DNA of 24,000 nucleotides from Enterovibrio nigricans DSM 22720 (GTDB lineage Bacteria; Pseudomonadota; Gammaproteobacteria; Enterobacterales; Vibrionaceae): NCBI RefSeq assembly GCF_900167155.1, contig NZ_FUXU01000018.1, positions 35,880 to 59,879 of the forward strand, read 5' to 3'. Shown piece by piece: positions 16,128 to 22,426 of this stretch (position 1 is its first letter; each line of letters starts with the position of its first letter). The notes under the pieces were generated by a model. It saw only the letters and a program-made list of their open reading frames with translations, ran no database searches and was not told where the DNA came from. The position numbers and the translations under genes were made by a program.

Positions 16128-16799
16128 TTCTCAATTTTTCCCTCGCATCTTCCAATGATAAGAACGAACGACTAATTAAGCACTCATCCTTAAAGCTGCA
16201 ATTGAAGGACTCGAAAAACGGGTTATCCGTTGGTTTCCCGGGCCTTGAGAAGTCCAAGATAACCTCTCTCTCATACGCCCATTTGCTGAAGACTTTCTTG
16301 TGATTGATTAGCCGGCCTTCGCGTTGAAGCAAAATATGAATACGTTGATAACCATAACGAATTCGCGTGGCTCCAATATCTTTAATACGTGCTCTTAGTG
16401 CCGTGTCAGGGCCTTTTATCGAACGGTAGCAATAGGCCGACATGCTGATTTCTATCAGCCTACATGCTCAATGCAGTGAAGTACGGTAAGCCACTCCAAG
16501 GTTATTGACGAACTCTCGGCGTTTCGCTGGCTTTAGAGCTTTTTTGAAAGGACATCTTGCAATGTTTGCATATCAAGTCTCAAATCTGCCACCATCCGTT
16601 TAAGGCGTTGGTTCTCCACTTCCAACTGATTTAAACGGCGGAGTTCAGAGACACCAAGATCACTATACTTTTCCTTCGAGTTGTAAAATGTCGTTTCGGA
16701 AACGCCAATTTAACGGCACATTTCAGCCATGCGAGTTCTTGTCTATGCCTGCCTTAAGGAAAAAGCAATCTGTTGTTCGGTATATTTGGTTTTCTTCAT
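16117..16799 (-). pseudogene. IS407/IS2-type IS3-family orfA plus internally deleted orfB (multiple nonsense mutations)
   Basis: orfA reads MKKTKYTEQQIAFSLRQA*TRTRMAEMCR*IGVSETTFYNSKEKY..LEVENQRLKRMVADL. Its stops are at 16745-16743 and 16712-16710. A retained A-AAA-AAG slippery heptamer lies at 16545-16539. orfB has the N-terminus RIRYGYQRIHILLQREGRLINHKKV fused directly to FSKWAYEREVILDFSRPGKPTDNPFFESFN, so the DDE core is missing. Confidence 0.85.
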
Positions 16800-17362
16800 A
16801 GCAACTCAGCTCCCATGACTTCCTGATATTGCCAAATTCCTTTAGCTTAGGCCGATACGATTTTTAGGGAAGAGGCCACCATTTGTGCTTTCGCTTTATT
16901 TCGCAGAAACATTTCCAGAATCTGCATTAAGTTTGTTTTCGATCACTGCGTTAATTACCTCTGCATCCAGCGATACTTGGCTTTCTAGTTGTAATAGGTT
17001 GGGTTAATGATACTGAGTAATTGGCTTGAATTGAATTGGTGTATACATCTTGCGAGACCCAAATTATATAAATCACAGTGGAAGTTTTACTCTGTGAGTG
17101 GGGAATATATAAAATGACGTACGGTATTTAAGATGATGAAATAACAAATTTTAATAAAAAGATACTATATTTAAGTGTGTGGGAATCTAAGGCAGTGTAG
17201 AAAGCACCGTTTTTGAAGGGATAACATGCCGATTACGGTTGTAGGTATTATCCTACATGAAGAGTTCTGGCTATTTAGCTACCATACGGGTCCTTTTGGT
17301 ATCTGCTTGACCGAAATCGACCAGTTGCCGTCACAGTGTTTGATTTTAACAACGGATAAAAG

Positions 17363-17932
17363 GTGAATATGATACGTTTAATACTAGGTATGATCATTGT
17401 GCTAATCGCAGGACCTGTCTATGCAGCTGGTGACCTGGATAAGAACGATTTCGATTATGAATATCTAAAGGACGACGCTGCTATTGGGCAATCAAATGAA
17501 GCTATTTTTGCTTTTGGTTTGGGGCTACATAGAATCAAGGCTGGCGAAGCTTTAGGAGCATATGTGTCGGGAATTTCACCTATAGCCAATAGCGATTACG
17601 GTATCTTTGGTCGAGGAGAGATTATTAATGATAAATATAAAACTGGTCATTTCTGGTCTTGGAAAATGGCTGTTGGGATTGGCTATTATGTAGAAGATTA
17701 TCTGGTACCTTACGTTAACGTTAGTAAGTGCTTTTCGAACTATTCTACTTGCTATTTCAATAGTCGACACCCCACAGCGAACGATGATGATATCGATGCT
17801 ATATACTATGGATTAGGTAGTTTCTTTAAAGTTCCATACTTAGATAATAATTTAGAAATTTCTATCGACTGGAGCCCATATAAAGGTTATGACGGTGCTT
17901 CGCTATATTTAGGCTATGGAATTTCATTTTAG
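17363..17932 (+). CDS. Small outer-membrane beta-barrel-like protein (function unknown)
   Basis: The first gene of the AT-rich island. It has a signal peptide (MIRLILGMIIVLIAGPVYA-AG). The sequence is rich in alternating aromatic and Gly residues and ends in ...LYLGYGISF, a C-terminal Phe typical of OMP barrels. The likely start is the ATG at 17369 (AAGGTG just upstream); the track starts at the GTG at 17363. Confidence 0.55.
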   Translation: MNMIRLILGMIIVLIAGPVYAAGDLDKNDFDYEYLKDDAAIGQSNEAIFAFGLGLHRIKAGEALGAYVSGISPIANSDYGIFGRGEIINDKYKTGHFWSWKMAVGIGYYVEDYLVPYVNVSKCFSNYSTCYFNSRHPTANDDDIDAIYYGLGSFFKVPYLDNNLEISIDWSPYKGYDGASLYLGYGISF

Positions 17933-17953
17933 ATTTTAAAGGGTGTCTTTTAT

Positions 17954-19276
17954 ATGAATTTTAACTCTATCATTACTTTACTTTTATTCACCTCATTTGG
18001 AGTGGTTGCTTCAGATAGGAGTGAAGATATTGACAATATAAATAAGCTTATTTCAGAGTCAATAAGATACTCGTATAAAGTCAATAGTATTCAGCAGGAA
18101 ATATTTTCAAGTGAGCAGCTATATGATGCAGCAAAATATTATTATGTTCCTTCAGCCACTATATCATCGGAAGTCAAGCAGAAATTCGACAGGCCAGGAC
18201 ATCCTAGTACACCGTTGACCGATTTTTCGCTCACTCTTGAAGCCAATTTGAAGCTTTGGAGTAACACAACAGATGATGATAATAAATCATCGTATTATAA
18301 ACTTCAGTCAGACAAGTATCGATATAATGCAGCAATACTGGATGTATACAAAACAATCAACTCCAATTTGATCAAAATAGAATTGTCTAGACAATTACTA
18401 TTTAAATCTAATGAGTATAAGAATCAAATGGGGCAGCTTATTCTAAAAATGGAAAAAGGTGCTAATACCGGAGTTTTAAAAAAATCGGATAGATTGTTTG
18501 CTGATGTGACAATGAAAAAGTTTGAAGAGTCCATATACAATGCACAATCTAAAGTTGAAGGTTATAAAAATGAAATAAATAACGTCACATCTAGAAATCT
18601 GTACAATGATGGATATAAAATTCCAAATAGCTATGTAGATAAACATCTTAATTTATCTGATGAGATGTTTGAAATAAACAATGTTATAAAAAACAATTTT
18701 GATATTTCTTCGCGAAAATATCAGATTGATAGCGATAAGTACGCGGTTGAAGCGACAAATGAAAATTTCCTTGTGGAAATTGTGACAAAACATGAAATTA
18801 ATGAAAATGAACTTAGTAATAAAAAAGGGAGTGATAATACTCCGATTGACGGTTATACATACGATTCTGATGGAAACTCATATATAGGATTGAAACTAAC
18901 TTTCACGGGGTTGAATTTTGGTAGTTTTAAAAATAAAGAAAGTGAAAAGCATTTACTAACCAAAAAGATGATTGATACTGATGAGTTCATTCATCAAAAA
19001 TATGTCGATCTTAAAACCTATGAACAACAGTATTACCTGGTTAGAGATAGAGTTGATAATATTGGTGTACAAATAGAATTGACAAAAAAAGTGATCGTTC
19101 AGCTTATGAAGGAAATAGGTGTTGACGAGTCAAATGCTTTAGACTTGTTTAGAAATATTTCTTCATTGTCTGACTTGGAGTCTTCTCAGTTACTTGCTGA
19201 GATAGAGTTGCTGGATATCGTTATGAATGTTAAACAACTCAATGCTGACATTCCGAGGGATTATGTTATCAAGTAA
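17954..19276 (+). CDS. TolC-like outer-membrane factor (OEP family) of a type I secretion system
   Basis: 440 aa with a signal peptide (LLLFTSFGVVA-SD). It shows long helical/coiled segments alternating with short beta segments, in two pseudo-repeats. It sits directly upstream of, and overlaps, a HlyD-family gene. The family call comes from architecture and context, not from an alignment. Confidence 0.65.
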   Translation: MNFNSIITLLLFTSFGVVASDRSEDIDNINKLISESIRYSYKVNSIQQEIFSSEQLYDAAKYYYVPSATISSEVKQKFDRPGHPSTPLTDFSLTLEANLKLWSNTTDDDNKSSYYKLQSDKYRYNAAILDVYKTINSNLIKIELSRQLLFKSNEYKNQMGQLILKMEKGANTGVLKKSDRLFADVTMKKFEESIYNAQSKVEGYKNEINNVTSRNLYNDGYKIPNSYVDKHLNLSDEMFEINNVIKNNFDISSRKYQIDSDKYAVEATNENFLVEIVTKHEINENELSNKKGSDNTPIDGYTYDSDGNSYIGLKLTFTGLNFGSFKNKESEKHLLTKKMIDTDEFIHQKYVDLKTYEQQYYLVRDRVDNIGVQIELTKKVIVQLMKEIGVDESNALDLFRNISSLSDLESSQLLAEIELLDIVMNVKQLNADIPRDYVIK

Positions 19277-20495
19277 AAATATAAAAAACATATTAACAAG
19301 AGTGCTATTGCTTACCGCCATTCTTGTTTTTATAACTATACTTCTTGGTGCGAAGTTTGACATCGTGTCAGAGGGAGAAGGCGTTTTGTCAATAAATGAT
19401 AGTAATGTCAAAATTCTATCTTCGTCATCAGGAATTATCAAAGAAATTAATGTGTCTAAAGGGGATAAGGTTACTGCTGGTGAGCACTTGTTGGTTATAA
19501 GTAACAATGAGGATATGAATAAAAGAGATTTGTTAACATACAATGAGGCAGTGTATGAAAAAGAAATTGTAGATTTGTCAGATGATGAGAAAATTTTAAA
19601 AAAAATAATAATGTCTGGAAGCTATGATGATTCAATAGAAACAGAATCTATATTAATTTTTAAAGTGAAAAATAAATATAATACATTTGTACAAAAATCG
19701 AAAGAGTTTGAAAAGAAAAGTAAAAACACTGAAAGTAGAATAATAAGTCTTAAAGAGCAAAAGGACTTAATCGTTAAAAAAAGTACTATGTTAAAAGATT
19801 CTCTGGGTATGACTGTCAAATACATAGATTCAAAGTTTGAATTGGAAAAAATAAAATTACAAGTACTAGATAGCGAGCTCCAGATAGAAGAAGCATATAG
19901 CTTAGTCAGAGCATCATACTTTGATTTTATTCAATTGACGCTAGATTTAAGTGAACAGATAGATAATGAATTAAAAAAAACCAAAGAGTTGTTAGCTGCA
20001 ACAAAGTCAGAATTGGCAACAGTTAACGAGAAAATTCATTCCACAGACATTATATCTACAGTCGATGGTACTGTTTTGTCGGCAACGGAAGGTTTAGCGA
20101 AAGGTGTTTTTATAGAACGAAACTCTGAAATTATGATTCTAAAGAGGTCAGATGATGGTGTCTATATTGAAGGGAAAATAGATTCTAAATTCAGACCATT
20201 TATCAGGATAGGTTCCGAAGTCAAAGTAAGAATAAACGCTCCTGGGATTAAAGAGTATTTTTATGGAAAAATATCAGGGATAAGCGTGGATTCATTTGAC
20301 TATGAAAACATCCAAAAAGATGGGGAGCGATATTATAGTGTTAAAGTTTTATTTAATAGTGGCGATCAAAACTTTGAAAAATCTAAAGGCATGCTAGGAA
20401 TAAAAACCACATTATATGTTATAAACGACCAAATGACTCTTGTAGAGTATTTGGTTTCTGTCTTTAATAAAGATTTGGATTTTACAGTATGGTAG
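19263..20495 (+). CDS. HlyD-family membrane-fusion (periplasmic adaptor) protein of a type I secretion system
   Basis: It has an N-terminal TM helix (VLLLTAILVFITILLGA) and a lipoyl-like motif (GEGVLSINDSNVKILSSSSGIIKEINVSKGDKVTAGEHLLVIS). A long coiled coil follows, then the beta-barrel half (STVDGTVLS...IMILKRSDDGVYIEGKIDSKF..IRIGSEVKV). The track start is 19227. The ATG at 19263, with GAGG 4 nt upstream, is more likely. Confidence 0.85.
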   Translation: MLSSKNIKNILTRVLLLTAILVFITILLGAKFDIVSEGEGVLSINDSNVKILSSSSGIIKEINVSKGDKVTAGEHLLVISNNEDMNKRDLLTYNEAVYEKEIVDLSDDEKILKKIIMSGSYDDSIETESILIFKVKNKYNTFVQKSKEFEKKSKNTESRIISLKEQKDLIVKKSTMLKDSLGMTVKYIDSKFELEKIKLQVLDSELQIEEAYSLVRASYFDFIQLTLDLSEQIDNELKKTKELLAATKSELATVNEKIHSTDIISTVDGTVLSATEGLAKGVFIERNSEIMILKRSDDGVYIEGKIDSKFRPFIRIGSEVKVRINAPGIKEYFYGKISGISVDSFDYENIQKDGERYYSVKVLFNSGDQNFEKSKGMLGIKTTLYVINDQMTLVEYLVSVFNKDLDFTVW

Positions 20496-20917
20496 GTTTT
20501 ATAGGTGCGATGTCCTCAGCGCTCTGCATAATTATTCTTGTTTTTATAACGCTACTAATTGGATATATACAATCTCTGCTGCCTGAAACATCAATTTTCA
20601 GATTTGATGAGATGACCTTTAGATATCCAATAACAACATATTTTGTTAGCCATGATATGGAGGAGGATATAGTGTCTGCGATAACAGAATTGAAAAATGA
20701 AGAAAAATTCAATGTAAAAGGATTATATTTAGGATGTAGCTATGGGTTTGATTTTAATTATGAGTCAGCAAATAATATATCGATATTCAATGCAATAAAA
20801 GTGGGTTCATTCGACACGAAATTAAGCACATCAGTTTATGATAATTTTCCTTTGGAAAATCACAAATTGAATTACTGTTTTTTAGATTTTAAAGCGAGTG
20901 ATAATACGGATGGATGA
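20489..20917 (+). CDS. Bitopic membrane protein of unknown function (one N-terminal TM helix plus a domain of about 110 aa)
   Basis: 142 aa. The TM helix is FIGAMSSALCIIILVFITLLIGYI and contains no charged residue. Its start overlaps the HlyD stop (ATGGTAG) and its stop overlaps the next start (ATGGATGA). I recognise no family. Confidence 0.5.
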   Translation: MVGFIGAMSSALCIIILVFITLLIGYIQSLLPETSIFRFDEMTFRYPITTYFVSHDMEEDIVSAITELKNEEKFNVKGLYLGCSYGFDFNYESANNISIFNAIKVGSFDTKLSTSVYDNFPLENHKLNYCFLDFKASDNTDG

Positions 20918-21371
20918 AGAAACGGAAGAATCTTTAGCGCCTTTAGTGGATGCTCTAACCGGAGCGATGGCCGCTGTGTTGTTAGTTAGCGTTTTTTTGA
21001 TGTTAAGTACAGTTAATGGTGTCAGCGAGTCACTTAAAACATTTGGTAATAAATCTTTACTAGAACATGAGTACTTAATAGATGATGCTTTAGAGCGTAA
21101 AGAACCAAAGTTAATGTTAGATACAAACAGTATCTCATTTTATAAATCTTTTAAGCTAACAGAAGAACAAAAAAATACTCTTGTTTCATTATTTAAAAAA
21201 GAAAAACCGAATGAGATAACAATAACATCTAACAATGGAATAAATGTTAAAACTTATAATCTTTTGTTATTTTTGTCTGAGGTTGGGTTGGGGAAAGATA
21301 TAGATAAAATTGAACTGAAGTATGAAGAATCTACTTTGGATGACAAACTAACTTATATTACGTGGGAATAA
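20910..21371 (+). CDS. MotB/ExbD/TolR-like (SiiA-like) stator 'plug' subunit candidate: single TM helix with a conserved Asp plus a small periplasmic domain
   Basis: 153 aa from the ATG at 20910 (the track starts at the GTG at 20898). It has an acidic N-terminus, then SLAPLVD(14)ALTGAMAAVLLVSVFLML. This Asp-x-x-T pattern at the cytoplasmic end of the TM helix matches MotB, as I recall it (YADLMT). The gene sits directly upstream of a MotA/ExbB-family gene. Confidence 0.5.
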   Translation: MDEETEESLAPLVDALTGAMAAVLLVSVFLMLSTVNGVSESLKTFGNKSLLEHEYLIDDALERKEPKLMLDTNSISFYKSFKLTEEQKNTLVSLFKKEKPNEITITSNNGINVKTYNLLLFLSEVGLGKDIDKIELKYEESTLDDKLTYITWE

Positions 21372-21373
21372 AC

Positions 21374-22378
21374 ATGATTTATATCGGATACGCTTTGTAT
21401 ATTGCTGTATTTATAGTGTTTGGTTTTTTTGAACCAGCAAGGGATTTTATTGTTAGTTCATATAATTTAGCACCTGAGATCACAGCTTTAGTTATGGGCT
21501 TTTATGTTTACACGTTGTTACTAACTATATTTTTGACATTTAGAACACAATATTCGGCAAGGCCATCTTTTTATATGACACATGTGAAAATGGCATGTTC
21601 AGTTATGGTTTCGCTAGGTCTAGTTGGGACATTTTTAGGTCTCATCGATATGATAGCTGGTATTGCAGGCGCTCTTTCAAATGATGAGCCTGATTTTGCA
21701 AAGAAAATGCAAGTATTGTTGGGTGCAATTTCTGGGTCACTTTCAGCTATGTCGTTTGCATTTGTCACATCGATACTGGGTGTTGGTTTTTCTGCGTATT
21801 CTCTAGTTGCATCCACTTTTGTTGAGTCTCATTTTAAGCGAAATTCAAACACTCCAGACTTTAAAAATGATAGTGATAAAATCATTGAAAATAGAATTAG
21901 CATGCTTGAGTCATTTACCGAAAATTTAAGAATTAAAGAGTTAGAAGTACCTCTGCAAAATGGTGCGATAATGAACATATTAGAGGAAATTTATAATAAT
22001 AAAGATAAAAGTGAAATACACCTAAATACGATTATCGGCAAATTAGATTCAATAAACCAACATTCCGAATCGATAAATAATGCGACGTTATCTAACGTTG
22101 AGACTATATCTGTCCTTATCGAAAAGAATGATATCAACGGTTCTATTTTGAAAGAACAACTGGAAAAAATGAATGATATCAATGTCTCACTGGAAAGGCT
22201 ATTGAAAAAAGTAGATGCGGGTTTTGAAAGAACAGATGAAATAAAGAAATCTGTTTCATCCATAAAAGAATATCAAAATTGCACAATGAATAATCTTGTT
22301 TCTTTGCTAAATATAGCAAACGAAGCAAAAGATAGCATTGGAAAACATAAGCGTAATTTATTGTCATTTTTACAGTAA
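21374..22378 (+). CDS. MotA/TolQ/ExbB-family proton-channel protein with a C-terminal coiled-coil tail of about 180 aa (SiiB-like)
   Basis: 334 aa from the ATG at 21374 (the track starts at the GTG at 21362). It has four hydrophobic helices. The last two carry the family signature (SLGLVGTFLGLIDMIAGIAGAL and LGAISGSLSAMSFAFVTSILGVGFSAYSLV). Residues from about 160 to the end are Asn/Ile/Glu/Lys-rich with heptad-like periodicity. Confidence 0.68.
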   Translation: MIYIGYALYIAVFIVFGFFEPARDFIVSSYNLAPEITALVMGFYVYTLLLTIFLTFRTQYSARPSFYMTHVKMACSVMVSLGLVGTFLGLIDMIAGIAGALSNDEPDFAKKMQVLLGAISGSLSAMSFAFVTSILGVGFSAYSLVASTFVESHFKRNSNTPDFKNDSDKIIENRISMLESFTENLRIKELEVPLQNGAIMNILEEIYNNKDKSEIHLNTIIGKLDSINQHSESINNATLSNVETISVLIEKNDINGSILKEQLEKMNDINVSLERLLKKVDAGFERTDEIKKSVSSIKEYQNCTMNNLVSLLNIANEAKDSIGKHKRNLLSFLQ

Positions 22379-22426
22379 AAATACGGTTTTCAATACTTGG
22401 ACAAGAAATTATATTAAAGGTTTATT

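Larger units (their letters stand above)
15571..16881 (-). mobile_element. Composite remnant of two different IS3-family insertion sequences (non-functional)
   Basis: The minus strand carries an IS407/IS2-like orfA and a truncated orfB, joined to the 3' two-thirds of an IS3/IS150-like orfB. All parts carry stops or frameshifts. The outer ends are approximate: TGAATTGTCACC at 15571 and CCACCA (reverse complement TGGTGG) at 16876-16881. The inverted repeats are not confirmed. Confidence 0.78.

Noticed and set aside
16109-16303. A 64-aa plus-strand ORF lies within the IS remnant.
   Set aside because: It is antisense to recognisable IS3-family transposase sequence and has no features of its own.
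16885-17010. A short minus-strand open frame (…NLLQLESQVSLDAEVINAVIENKLNADSGNVSAK*) abuts the IS end and might be the 3' stump of a gene disrupted by the IS insertion.
   Set aside because: It is only about 34 codons, bounded upstream by a stop, with no start codon and no recognisable similarity.
17226-17366. A 46-codon ORF (MPITVVGIILHEEFWLFSYHTGPFGICLTEIDQLPSQCLILTTDKR) ends on the start of the first island gene. It lies in a patch that looks GC-richer than the island.
   Set aside because: It has no ribosome-binding site, no recognisable family and is below normal size thresholds. It could be a leader peptide or a gene fragment, but nothing in the sequence supports either.
19190-22367. Minus-strand ORFs in the AT-rich island (19190-19543, 19622-19825, 20482-20712, 21571-21816, 21991-22263, 22179-22367).
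   Set aside because: All are antisense to the tightly coupled plus-strand operon. Long spurious ORFs are expected in AT-rich DNA antisense to Lys/Asn/Ile-rich genes, and no motifs are present.
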